Shown piece by piece: positions 18,747 to 28,102 of a DNA stretch of 64,000 nt; position 1 is the first letter of the stretch; each line of letters opens with the position of its first letter. A program made the position numbers and the translations under genes. The notes beneath the pieces are model-generated. The model was not told the origin of the DNA. It did not search any database and worked only from the letters and a program-made list of their open reading frames with translations. Source of the DNA: a virus; IMG/VR virus record IMGVR_UViG_3300037524_002067, positions 90,344 through 154,343 of that record; one strand, written 5' to 3'.

Positions 18747-19771
18747 TTTTCTTGGTTTATTTTATTACAATACTCTTTTTCTTTTGACATAATCATATAA
18801 AAAGGAGCTAAATAAAGCTCAATATTTTCCATGCCAACAAAACCCATTAAACCTTCTTTTGCCATCAATGTAATGGCGCTAGATATTTCTCTTGTGTTGT
18901 CTAGTGTTGCTTCTTTTATGTCCCTTACTAGTTGTTTTGCCTCTTGGTTTAAAAATGGCTTTTTAAGATTCATTAATTTAGCATTTCTGTACAAAATATA
19001 TTCAGCGCCTATAATTTTATCATAAATCTTTGATTTTGATTTCTTTTTGTCTTTTTTTGCTTCATAACATTCAGCAACCAACATTTTGTAGGTGTATTTT
19101 TCAGTTCTTAAACGCGGGAAGTGCTCAAACAATTTTTCTCTTGTTACGCCGCCTACTTTAGTTATTTCATCTGCTGAATCGCCGTCAAAACACTTCAATA
19201 ACAATTCATTTTCAACAATACATTTATAAGTTTCTTCGTACAACTTCTTATCTAAAACAAAAAAATGATCTGGGTTTATTATTTTTACCTTATCAGAAAT
19301 TAATTGTCTAAAATCTCCATCTCTGCTATAAATAAAAATTTCATCGTTTGTATTTTGCAAAATATATTCTGCTATCAAATCATCAGCCTCAATTAAATCC
19401 ACCTCCATTTGACGCACGAATAATTCGTCCAATATTCTGCTCAAAACAAATTTCTGTTTTAGTATTTCAAACCTCTCTTTTTCTTTGGGGTCGTTTGTTA
19501 TACCTTCGTTTTTAAGCATTTTTATTTCCTGATCGTAATTTTTTCTTTTAGATTTATATTGTGGATATATTTCCCACCTTAATCTACCAGCATTAAAACC
19601 ATCCCAGGCAACAACAACCCTGTCTGGTAGAAATTTGTTTATAACATCTTTGAGAGAATTAATAAAACCTATAATTCCTCCACAAAGCTCTCCATTGGAA
19701 TTTCTTACACCTTTTTGATAGTAAAAATTCCTTTTTAAATTCCAACTCCCATCCACTAATATCACTTTCAT
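18743..19771 (-). CDS. 5'-3' exonuclease / flap endonuclease (PolA 5' nuclease, T4 RNase H-like)
   Basis: ILVDG, VVAWDG, YKSKR, EADDLIA, SRDGDFRQL, GDSADEI..VGGV; start at ATG 19771. Confidence 0.92.
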   Translation of the reverse strand: MKVILVDGSWNLKRNFYYQKGVRNSNGELCGGIIGFINSLKDVINKFLPDRVVVAWDGFNAGRLRWEIYPQYKSKRKNYDQEIKMLKNEGITNDPKEKERFEILKQKFVLSRILDELFVRQMEVDLIEADDLIAEYILQNTNDEIFIYSRDGDFRQLISDKVKIINPDHFFVLDKKLYEETYKCIVENELLLKCFDGDSADEITKVGGVTREKLFEHFPRLRTEKYTYKMLVAECYEAKKDKKKSKSKIYDKIIGAEYILYRNAKLMNLKKPFLNQEAKQLVRDIKEATLDNTREISSAITLMAKEGLMGFVGMENIELYLAPFYMIMSKEKEYCNKINQEK

Positions 19772-19776
19772 TAACA

Positions 19777-19784
19777 CAAATATA
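19777..19784 (-). promoter_or_regulatory. -7 element TATATTTG, 5 nt before ATG
   Basis: TATATTTG-TGTTA-ATG, just downstream of the recA terminator; no -33 at consensus spacing. Confidence 0.55.
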
Positions 19785-19817
19785 ACAAAAAACCTAGACA
19801 AAATTAAAAATTTTAGG

Positions 19818-19842
19818 AAAAAAAAGGCGGAATATTTCCGCC
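19818..19842 (-). terminator. intrinsic terminator after recA
   Basis: GGCGGAA/TTCCGCC stem plus T8. Confidence 0.85.
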
Positions 19843-19872
19843 CATTTATTTTTATCTAGGTTTTTAAATTTA

Positions 19873-21021
19873 TCACTCCATTAAATCCTCTGGTTCAGCA
19901 CCATACGCTTCAACTGACTCCTCCACATCTTCGATTACATTCTCAAAAGATGAAATATCTCCATCAGCATTAGCCTCTCCAAGCAATTTTACAAAATAAT
20001 CCAAATTTTGAGTTTGATATTCTTTTATTGATTTTTCATTATCTAAAATATACCCAGTTGGTGTAACAATAATTTTTCCAGTTGTGCTTATGCCATTAAC
20101 ATGGTTTTTTTCCAGCTGAATTTTTACTCGTGATCCCCAGGTGATTTCTTTGCCCTTACTTTTTAACTTTATTTTATTAATACCAGATGAACTTATATTA
20201 CCAAAAGTGATAATAAAGGTAGCGTCATACCACATCGTTTTACCACCCTTGTTTTCCATTCTTGGTTGACCCATATGACTTTCTGGTTTTTGAGTCCACA
20301 CTTTGTTCACACAAACCAATGAATTTGTATATGGAGATTCAGCTTTTCTAGATGCTACAATTCTTTGATTAATACTTCCACCAAATTGAACAGACATGGC
20401 TCCAGCGTTCCACTCATTGTTGTTTTTCTGTTTCTCAACACTCATTTTACAAGGTAAAGATCCAACGCTATCCCAGAAAAATGCTAAATCAAATTTTAAT
20501 TTTCCAGCCTCCTGGTCATCTAGCGTTGAGTTGATAAATTCAGCTACATCTTCTATAGTTTTTAATTGAGCTCTATCCACATAAATAAAATCACCTCTAT
20601 GAGAAACTACTTGACCAGTTTTCTCATTCACAACTTCTTCAAATTCCAAACCAAGCATCCTAGCATGTTCCCAAGACCATTTCATTTCAGAGATTATGAA
20701 AACTGGTACTATACCCATTTTTTGAGCACTAACCGCAGCCTCTATCAAAGCTGTTGTTTTACTCGAATCAGAATGACCTCTCAATAAAGTAATGTGTCCA
20801 ATTGGAATACCTCTTACCCCAGTAACCTCACGGAATGCTGGAGACAAATCCATCCACTCTTGTGGTTTATATTCTGTTTTATCTAAACCTTTCGATTTTT
20901 TATAAGCCTCAAGACTCTCCATTCTTTTTGAAAGAACTTTGCTTTTACCATCTGATAAAGAAGGTTTCTTTGTAGTTTCTGCACTGCTTTTTTCTTCAGT
21001 TTCTTTTGCTTTTTTTGCCAT
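19873..21021 (-). CDS. recA: RecA/UvsX-like recombinase
   Basis: GIPIGHITLLRGHSDSSKTT, SEMKW, FFWDSVGS, NKGGK, KNHV. Confidence 0.85.
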   Translation of the reverse strand: MAKKAKETEEKSSAETTKKPSLSDGKSKVLSKRMESLEAYKKSKGLDKTEYKPQEWMDLSPAFREVTGVRGIPIGHITLLRGHSDSSKTTALIEAAVSAQKMGIVPVFIISEMKWSWEHARMLGLEFEEVVNEKTGQVVSHRGDFIYVDRAQLKTIEDVAEFINSTLDDQEAGKLKFDLAFFWDSVGSLPCKMSVEKQKNNNEWNAGAMSVQFGGSINQRIVASRKAESPYTNSLVCVNKVWTQKPESHMGQPRMENKGGKTMWYDATFIITFGNISSSGINKIKLKSKGKEITWGSRVKIQLEKNHVNGISTTGKIIVTPTGYILDNEKSIKEYQTQNLDYFVKLLGEANADGDISSFENVIEDVEESVEAYGAEPEDLME

Positions 21022-21175
21022 ATTTTTTTGTTTTAGTATTTTTCTTTTTAAAAAATAAGCTAGTTTTTATCAAATTCAAAAAAATACAGAGTTTTGTTTA
21101 TAAGTTATTTGTAACACGCTGATAAGTAAGCGTTTTAAATTTAATTTAAAAAAATAAATTTACAGATTAATGTCA

Positions 21176-21202
21176 ATAAAAAAGAGCGCCTAAAGCGCTC
21201 TT
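21176..21202 (-). terminator. intrinsic terminator
   Basis: AAGAGCGC/GCGCTCTT stem plus T-run. Confidence 0.85.
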
Positions 21203-21216
21203 AATATTTTTGGTGA

Positions 21217-21561
21217 TTATTTACCTTCACCACTTGGTGGGGCTGGTTTCCAGTCTAAGACTTTTTTACCACCTTCTTCTCTTGTTGTAAGATAAAATAT
21301 TTCTGGATTTTCTTGTTGTTGTCCGAAATTAACAGAGGCTTTGCAATTCTTACACTTAACGGTAACATATTTAAATTTGTTTTTTGCAATATGTGCGCTG
21401 AGCATAAGGTTATCGCTTTGACAAATTCCGCATTTATCCACATCATAAAAAGATAAATTTTTAGATGTCATTACTACATCAAACAAATTATCACCTTCAA
21501 CAGAAAATTGATGTGTTTCTTTTCCAATTTTTTTCTTTACATAATAAGTTATTTTTCCCAT
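21217..21561 (-). CDS. small zinc-ribbon protein
   Basis: CGIC and CKNC pairs. Confidence 0.7.
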   Translation of the reverse strand: MGKITYYVKKKIGKETHQFSVEGDNLFDVVMTSKNLSFYDVDKCGICQSDNLMLSAHIAKNKFKYVTVKCKNCKASVNFGQQQENPEIFYLTTREEGGKKVLDWKPAPPSGEGK

Positions 21562-21682
21562 AATCTTGTTTTTTTTAATTATTGTTTATTATAATAATAA
21601 TATATTATCATAAAAAATTCAATAAAAAAACGATAAAATTATAAACATATTTTTGTATTTTTCAAATAAAAATGTTCATATT

Positions 21683-23299
21683 TTAAACAATTTCTTTATA
21701 GTTATTACCCACGCTATAATCTACATTAAACAACATTCCATTGTGATATGAAAATAACTCTGTGAAATGATCTATTAAATTCATTTCTGAGGGGTGAAAA
21801 TCAAAAACCATAGAATCGTGCACTTGAAATAAAAATTGCGTTTTATATGGCTTTAAAAACTCTTTAACGAGAGCTATTTTATCAACAACAACTTCAGAAG
21901 CATAAGTTTGACAATAATTATTAAAGCTGGCAAAAACTTTATTAACTCTTATTATAGAACCCCAAGGATTAATCATATAGCCATTTATTTTACAATTTTC
22001 TATAATTTCTTTTGCTCTTTTAATGATTGGATTTAAAAAGTTTTTAACTTTTGCTAATTGATTATATGGGTCATCAAATCTTTCAGACAACCTATTAATC
22101 AGAAGTTCTTCTCCAGCTCCAAATATAATGGCGTGATTTATTAATTTTGAATAATTTCTTTCATCAGAACTAATGTCTGGTTTTTCAAACATTATACAAG
22201 CTGATTCAAAATGCAAATCCTTGTCATAATAATTTTTTATAAACTCTGGATCTTCGGATAAATACATTGCTATTTTTGACTCAAAAGAAATATAGTCAAA
22301 AACGACAATTTTACCTTCTTTAAATCTTGAAATTATTTTTTTTCTATCATCATTATTTTTCTCTAAGTTTTGTGGGTTATAATCTCCACGCGCCACTATT
22401 CTACCAGTTAAAGTTCTTTTGTTAGAATAATGTATTTTTGCCAACTTACACATATCTCTTAATTTAAAATTTAAAGGTTTATCTAAGTCTAAAGAAAAAG
22501 AAATTTCTCTATTAGACAACCAACAGGTAACCTTATCTCTTTCACACATTCGTGAATAAAACTTTTCCTCCTCAAAATCCAAAGAGATAGAAGCGTGCTT
22601 GTTTAGCATAAATGGAATATACTTTCCCATCTTAATGCCAGGTATTATATTAAAATACTCATCAGTTATTTCTACAGCACTTTTAACCCATATCAAAGAA
22701 TCTAGTGCAAACACATTTTTCAATCTATCTAAATTAACATAGTCGCATATGTTATTATATGAAAAACAAACAACTGTATATTTGTTCAATAAATCAGTTA
22801 AAATGTTTTTAAAACCCTTATCAACACAAGACAAAGATTTTATATTTATCACATAGTTTTTTTCATCATTGTAAACATACAAAGCGCCATCACAAAAATT
22901 TATATATAGTTTTTTTTGTGAGTTGATGTTCGAATTAAAAAATTCAAATAAATTTTCGTTGTTTAAAAAACAATCATATAAAATAAAATCTTTTGGCAAC
23001 CAACTTGTAACTGATTTTGAAAAAAAGGAGTCTATCTTTTTTGTAAACTCTTTTTCGTTTTCTTGTTTACTAAAAGACCACTCTAAATTTTGTTGAATAA
23101 TTGGGTTAAATATGTTTTGTTCTGGAAACTTTTCTTTTACAGTATTCCAACCAACAACCAAAGTGGGTAAATCGTAATAATCTTCCTGGTTAAAGTCATT
23201 TAATATTTTAACTGGATACTTTTCAAAGATCTGAGCAATTTGATCTAAATCTCTTTGATCCTTGGTTATAATATTACATATATGAAACAGCTTGCTCAC
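21683..23299 (-). CDS. family A DNA polymerase-like protein (divergent, compact)
   Basis: TLTGRI, NPQNL, motif A FDYISFESK, DLH, motif B RNYSKLINHAIIFG, NNYCQ, motif C QVHDSMVFD. Confidence 0.85.
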   Translation of the reverse strand: MSKLFHICNIITKDQRDLDQIAQIFEKYPVKILNDFNQEDYYDLPTLVVGWNTVKEKFPEQNIFNPIIQQNLEWSFSKQENEKEFTKKIDSFFSKSVTSWLPKDFILYDCFLNNENLFEFFNSNINSQKKLYINFCDGALYVYNDEKNYVINIKSLSCVDKGFKNILTDLLNKYTVVCFSYNNICDYVNLDRLKNVFALDSLIWVKSAVEITDEYFNIIPGIKMGKYIPFMLNKHASISLDFEEEKFYSRMCERDKVTCWLSNREISFSLDLDKPLNFKLRDMCKLAKIHYSNKRTLTGRIVARGDYNPQNLEKNNDDRKKIISRFKEGKIVVFDYISFESKIAMYLSEDPEFIKNYYDKDLHFESACIMFEKPDISSDERNYSKLINHAIIFGAGEELLINRLSERFDDPYNQLAKVKNFLNPIIKRAKEIIENCKINGYMINPWGSIIRVNKVFASFNNYCQTYASEVVVDKIALVKEFLKPYKTQFLFQVHDSMVFDFHPSEMNLIDHFTELFSYHNGMLFNVDYSVGNNYKEIV

Positions 23300-23304
23300 A
23301 GCTG

Positions 23305-23312
23305 CAAATATA
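23305..23312 (-). promoter_or_regulatory. -7 element TATATTTG, 5 nt before GTG
   Basis: TATATTTG-CAGCT-GTG. Confidence 0.55.
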
Positions 23313-23317
23313 CAAAA

Positions 23318-26300
23318 TTATAATAAATAAGAAGGTGAATTTTCGTATAAAATAACCCCAAACCTTCCAATATCGTGTAAAATATCTTTTATGTTTTGGT
23401 AGGCTCTTACCGTGCCCCCATTTGGGTCGTTAATATTATATGTACCATCGCTATTTTTACCAGTAATAACCATCCAATGTTGATTTCCGCCAACATACTT
23501 TGTTTGATTATCGCCTATTGCAGGTCTTCCATTTGCCTTGTTGTTTACCAAAGTGGTGCCTTTTGTTATGCTTCCACCAGGAGAAAATCTTGGCGGAATA
23601 TGAGATTTGCTCTCAAATAAAACTGGTATCTTTGCCGAAAGATATTTGTCAAGAAAAGCTTGATTAGCTTCTATGCCTCTTCTAACTGGTGTAAAACTAG
23701 CTTTTAAAATTTTGCTTGGATGTGCACTTCCAGGATTATCTCTTATGTATTGATTAATATTTCTTAATATTAAACCCCAATTAGATACAACACTATTATT
23801 ATTCCATCTAAATATTTGATCTGGTGTTATATTGCTTAATCCAGTCATGTACTTTGTAACCATTGCCAAAGATGTTATACAACAACCTCTAGAACCAATT
23901 GTATAACCATTACTGTCCCTATTGTTTGCCCACAATGTATTAGCTTGATTAAATATTGGGACTTTATTTGCACCATTTAATAAAACTGGATCAAACTCTA
24001 AATTATCTGCTGTTCTATTGTCATAAGACAAATCTTCGTCTTTCAATTTTACTGTATTATCAAAATCATCTTGTGTATAAGCTGTGAATTGCAAATTTGA
24101 AGTCTTAGACAAAGCTTCCAAAGTTTCTAAAGTAACTGGTTCAACGCCAGCAAATGTACCATTCTGAAAATCCATTCTCATCTTAATGCCCTCAGCAGTT
24201 GTAAACATATTGTTTGGTGAAATCGAATGTTTTACTCTCATTATTTGATACAGTCCGTTAAAGATAGGTAATGAGTTCAAATAAAAAAATTGCATTGGAA
24301 AAATTTGAGCATTACCAAGAATGTCTATGGTAGCCTTATAGCTTCTACCCTCCATAACAGATAACATAGAGCAATCTGTAGTCACTTTTTTGTTTTGATT
24401 TTCATTATCAACCAGTCTTTGTAGATTTATTATACTCTCTGCGGTTGGCTTATTTTCTTCAGTGCTTACATTTACACTTCTAACTATTTGATTGCCTGGG
24501 TCTCCAAACTTTATGTCTAAAGTGCCGTTTGGCAATCTATCAGATATATCATTAATTAGTGGCGCTTGAACATTATTTGAATTACTCAACTTAGATCTTG
24601 ACTCTGGTGTGGGAACAAATTGAACATAAAAAAAGTTTTTTATTCTTTGTTCACTAACTGGGTGTGGCGAAAATATTTCACGGGTTGTAAATAGTCCAGG
24701 GTCTCCTGGCATTGGAATGAACAAAAAATTGTTTTGAGAACAAATTTGCGTAATAGTTTGCAAAACTGTTGTACTGCCATTTGCTTTACTTAATGGATCA
24801 ATGTTTATTATTGCATTTTTTACATTAACATTTGACGATGTTCTTGATAAAGAATTTAGTGGGTACCCATAAAGAAAAGAGTTGTTTGCAGCCGCTTCAG
24901 CTGTATTGGATGTTATATCAAAATTTATATGGTTACTATATCTTGAAGACATGTCGCCAACTATTGCCCCTGGACTTATTTCCTCGGAGCTTTGATCGCT
25001 ATTTGCGTCATCTATTATCAAGACCTCCCATTGTTGATATAAAACATGCATTTGTTTATATAAAAGATCGCGTTGGTCGTTTGATTTGCCGAGAACATTG
25101 GATATTATCTGACTCTTTTTTTGCTTTATATTTTCTATGTTTGATTTTAATTTTCCGCAAATTCTTTTTATCCAAGCTCTATGAACCACACCCTCTTCTC
25201 CATAATAAAATGGTCCAAATACTAAATCGTTATCTGTATTTGGGTGATACACAACAGAAAAAGTTATATTTTTTGCTGGAGTTTGATTAGCTTGTGGTTG
25301 ATCTGGTGAACAATAAACATTTGGCACTAGAAAATAATTATTTACATCATCTGTTAATTCAGATGGGTTTTTGAAAAACTCTGCATTGTTAGTGTTAATT
25401 ATTTTCGAATAATCTAACAACAAGCCATCTTGTTGTTTTTCATTCATGCCTTCTACAACGGGTATCAATTCACCACTAGAATCTTCTATTGGATTAACAA
25501 CATTAACATAACCCAATGGCGATTTTTTTTGTTTTTGTTTTTCTAAATCATTTTTTATTTCAGAATCGCTACTTGCTGAATTTATTTGTTGAGTCTTTGT
25601 AGACTCTGGGCTCGATATTGCTACAAAAACGTATTTATTTCTAGAGTTTTTTGGTTTAAAATAAGCCAAACCATTATTTACAACCTTAATAGCCTGGAAG
25701 GATTTGGTATCTATAAAATTAGAATTTGTTGTGTCTATAGATTCAGTTGAGCCGCTTGGTTTTTTGTTAAACCATGAACTTAATTCTTTGCCCAACGTTG
25801 TATATGTTAAACCTTGTTGATTGCCGAATGTTCCATCCCAATTAGATGGTCTATCTATAACCACATTGTAATTTAACAATGCATCTGGAATTGGCTGCCC
25901 AGCTTGACTTAGATAATTCGTAAACCCAACATAAAGAGGCTCGCCAGGCTCAAGAGAACCAGTGTCATTTGGCTTTCTAAGATTTAAAGCGTTTTCAGTT
26001 AATAAATTATCCCAAAACGTGCAAAACCTTTCTAGTTTATCTAATTCAGAATCTTGTAGAGCTCCTAAAATATTGTCATCAATATTTTCCATTTCTGCAT
26101 CTACAAGACTAATTATATCATCTGATGTAGTGGCTCTATCTTTTCCAAGCAAAGTATCATAATCACCAGGCTTATTAGGATCTGGACTTCTTGTTAAATA
26201 AGCAACAATACCACCTCTAACCAAAATGTTTTGAATTATATTTTGAAAATATGGTTTATATGGATTTGGCCTTAAAGCCTCTAAGTTGTTTATTCTCTTT

Positions 26301-27694
26301 TTTATATATGACTCTCCAACATTTTCTAAAGCTCCACTATTTTCTGAAAGTCTATCTGTCGCGATACCTTCACTTATAGCGTTTATAAAATTATCAACAA
26401 AAGCCATTTCATATTCATCTGCACCAACATTTGCGTTGTTTTCTGAAATAGCTGGCTTTTCTTCTTGTTTGTCGTTAAACTTTAAAGGAAAGCTTTTACC
26501 TATTAAATTATTTGAAGTGTTGTCCCTGGTAGCTCTATTTTGATTATAACCCTGATACCCAGCCTCCAATATTCTGCCCATAATATAACCAGCATCTTCA
26601 GCTAACTGTCTAAATATTTCACCTATTGTTATTTTTTGTAATTGATTTTTGCTTGAATCATATGCTTTGGCTTTAATCGCTCTCTCTATTTTTAGCGCAT
26701 ATTCTGATAGAATAGATACACGCTCTGATATTTTTTGAGAATAAGATGAATCTCCAGTTAAAGCAACAAAGTCGGAAAAATATATATTTTCTGGTTTTAA
26801 ATCTCCAATAGTAGATGTTAACAATAAAAACTTATTTATTTTACCTATATTTTGACCATTTGTTGCAAATGACTTTATTTTAATATCATCACTAATGTCT
26901 CTATTTTTTACACCAATTGGCCTATAAACAATAATGGGTTTAAAACCATCTATAAATTGTTCTCCGACTTGACCAGTTATTGGTTCATCATAATTTATAA
27001 TTTTTGTAATATGTAAAGCATCATAAAGTCTTTGTGATTTTAAAAGACCAATTTGATTCATTAAAACATCAAACTCTTTTGTTGTTTCTTTAGTTTTTAT
27101 CTCTACTTGTTTACCAATTTTAATTAAATCAAAAACAGTTTGAACTTTTTCAAAATCCTCACTGTTCATGGTTTGTCTCTTCAAGGCTTTTACAGCTTTT
27201 AAATAAAGAAATGGAAGATCTGCCATAAACCCCCATTGATTTGGCACAAACTCACACTTTATGTTGTAACTTCCATCTGAAGGTTCGTATGTTGTTGTTG
27301 ATCTCTTCATATTCAACATCCACGTAGATGACCTACCCAATTCACCTTTAAATGTAAATAAGAACTTTGGTGGTGGCCAATTAAAGAGTACCGAATAATC
27401 AGCTTCATCACTATCAACGCCTTCAAGATCTAAAACACTACTTTTTGTCTTTCCAAAAGCTGTGTTTCCGTATAAATCTTTAAAAGTTATTGTAACAAGT
27501 GGTTGCATAGAAGTGTTAACTTCTATATCAATATTTGTTATTCCGAACCCAACGCTTTCTCTGTAAAATTCAACTCCAAATATTTTTTTTCCAGTAAAAT
27601 CTCTTTTTACACCATCAACAATAGCTTCTAACCTCACATCTATTGTAAGATCTTTTTGTGAAAATTGTGCAAGCGGAAATCTTTCTATTGACAT
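23318..27694 (-). CDS. large baseplate hub/tail protein with C-terminal C39-like peptidase domain
   Basis: N-terminal FGITNIDI..P.VTITFKD..WPPPKFLFTFKG; hub-type RSYKATIDILGNAQIFPMQFFYL..P.FNGLYQIMRVKHSI; C-terminal GCCITSLAM..HWMVITG..INDP. Confidence 0.7.
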   Translation of the reverse strand: MSIERFPLAQFSQKDLTIDVRLEAIVDGVKRDFTGKKIFGVEFYRESVGFGITNIDIEVNTSMQPLVTITFKDLYGNTAFGKTKSSVLDLEGVDSDEADYSVLFNWPPPKFLFTFKGELGRSSTWMLNMKRSTTTYEPSDGSYNIKCEFVPNQWGFMADLPFLYLKAVKALKRQTMNSEDFEKVQTVFDLIKIGKQVEIKTKETTKEFDVLMNQIGLLKSQRLYDALHITKIINYDEPITGQVGEQFIDGFKPIIVYRPIGVKNRDISDDIKIKSFATNGQNIGKINKFLLLTSTIGDLKPENIYFSDFVALTGDSSYSQKISERVSILSEYALKIERAIKAKAYDSSKNQLQKITIGEIFRQLAEDAGYIMGRILEAGYQGYNQNRATRDNTSNNLIGKSFPLKFNDKQEEKPAISENNANVGADEYEMAFVDNFINAISEGIATDRLSENSGALENVGESYIKKRINNLEALRPNPYKPYFQNIIQNILVRGGIVAYLTRSPDPNKPGDYDTLLGKDRATTSDDIISLVDAEMENIDDNILGALQDSELDKLERFCTFWDNLLTENALNLRKPNDTGSLEPGEPLYVGFTNYLSQAGQPIPDALLNYNVVIDRPSNWDGTFGNQQGLTYTTLGKELSSWFNKKPSGSTESIDTTNSNFIDTKSFQAIKVVNNGLAYFKPKNSRNKYVFVAISSPESTKTQQINSASSDSEIKNDLEKQKQKKSPLGYVNVVNPIEDSSGELIPVVEGMNEKQQDGLLLDYSKIINTNNAEFFKNPSELTDDVNNYFLVPNVYCSPDQPQANQTPAKNITFSVVYHPNTDNDLVFGPFYYGEEGVVHRAWIKRICGKLKSNIENIKQKKSQIISNVLGKSNDQRDLLYKQMHVLYQQWEVLIIDDANSDQSSEEISPGAIVGDMSSRYSNHINFDITSNTAEAAANNSFLYGYPLNSLSRTSSNVNVKNAIINIDPLSKANGSTTVLQTITQICSQNNFLFIPMPGDPGLFTTREIFSPHPVSEQRIKNFFYVQFVPTPESRSKLSNSNNVQAPLINDISDRLPNGTLDIKFGDPGNQIVRSVNVSTEENKPTAESIINLQRLVDNENQNKKVTTDCSMLSVMEGRSYKATIDILGNAQIFPMQFFYLNSLPIFNGLYQIMRVKHSISPNNMFTTAEGIKMRMDFQNGTFAGVEPVTLETLEALSKTSNLQFTAYTQDDFDNTVKLKDEDLSYDNRTADNLEFDPVLLNGANKVPIFNQANTLWANNRDSNGYTIGSRGCCITSLAMVTKYMTGLSNITPDQIFRWNNNSVVSNWGLILRNINQYIRDNPGSAHPSKILKASFTPVRRGIEANQAFLDKYLSAKIPVLFESKSHIPPRFSPGGSITKGTTLVNNKANGRPAIGDNQTKYVGGNQHWMVITGKNSDGTYNINDPNGGTVRAYQNIKDILHDIGRFGVILYENSPSYLL

Positions 27695-27996
27695 TACTTA
27701 TCTCTATTGTTTGCTATGTAATTTCTAATCTCTGTTAAGACATCCCTTAAAGGAAATGGCACTCTTAGTATTGTGTTATCTGGAATATCAAACTCATAAG
27801 AATATTCTGGATTTGCCCAAAGTATAATCCTGGTTAAAGTTTCATCTTCATATATTTCACCAGATATATAATCCAACCTCATTCTTTGAGAATGATATGT
27901 TATATATTTATCGGTTCTTCTTTTTGAAATCCTGACATCTGGCATATTCTTTAAAGTGTTGCCAACTTTTAAATCTCTATAAAAATCAAACGGCAT
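27694..27996 (-). CDS. baseplate wedge protein, gp53/LysM-like
   Basis: RLDYISGEIYED..RIILWANP..EFDIPDNTILRVP; position between tube-like and hub genes. Confidence 0.75.
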   Translation of the reverse strand: MPFDFYRDLKVGNTLKNMPDVRISKRRTDKYITYHSQRMRLDYISGEIYEDETLTRIILWANPEYSYEFDIPDNTILRVPFPLRDVLTEIRNYIANNRDK

Positions 27997-28010
27997 ATTT
28001 TGTTTTTTTA

Positions 28011-28018
28011 TATAAATA
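28011..28018 (-). promoter_or_regulatory. putative late promoter TATTTATA
   Basis: 14 nt upstream of ATG. Confidence 0.6.
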
Positions 28019-28056
28019 TTGCAATAAAACTTATTGCTAAAAACAGTTTTTTACAA

Positions 28057-28088
28057 ACAAAAACCGCCTACAATATATCGTAAACAGT
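28057..28088 (-). terminator. intrinsic terminator with G-U rich stem
   Basis: Minus strand ACTGTTTACGA/TTGTAGGCGGT pairs fully with wobble, followed by TTTTGTTT. Confidence 0.6.
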
Positions 28089-28102
28089 AAAAAAAACAAA
28101 GC

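Noticed and set aside
21108-21136. Weak inverted repeat (ACGCT..AGCGT) upstream of recA as an operator or recombination site
   Set aside because: Short, single occurrence, compatible with chance
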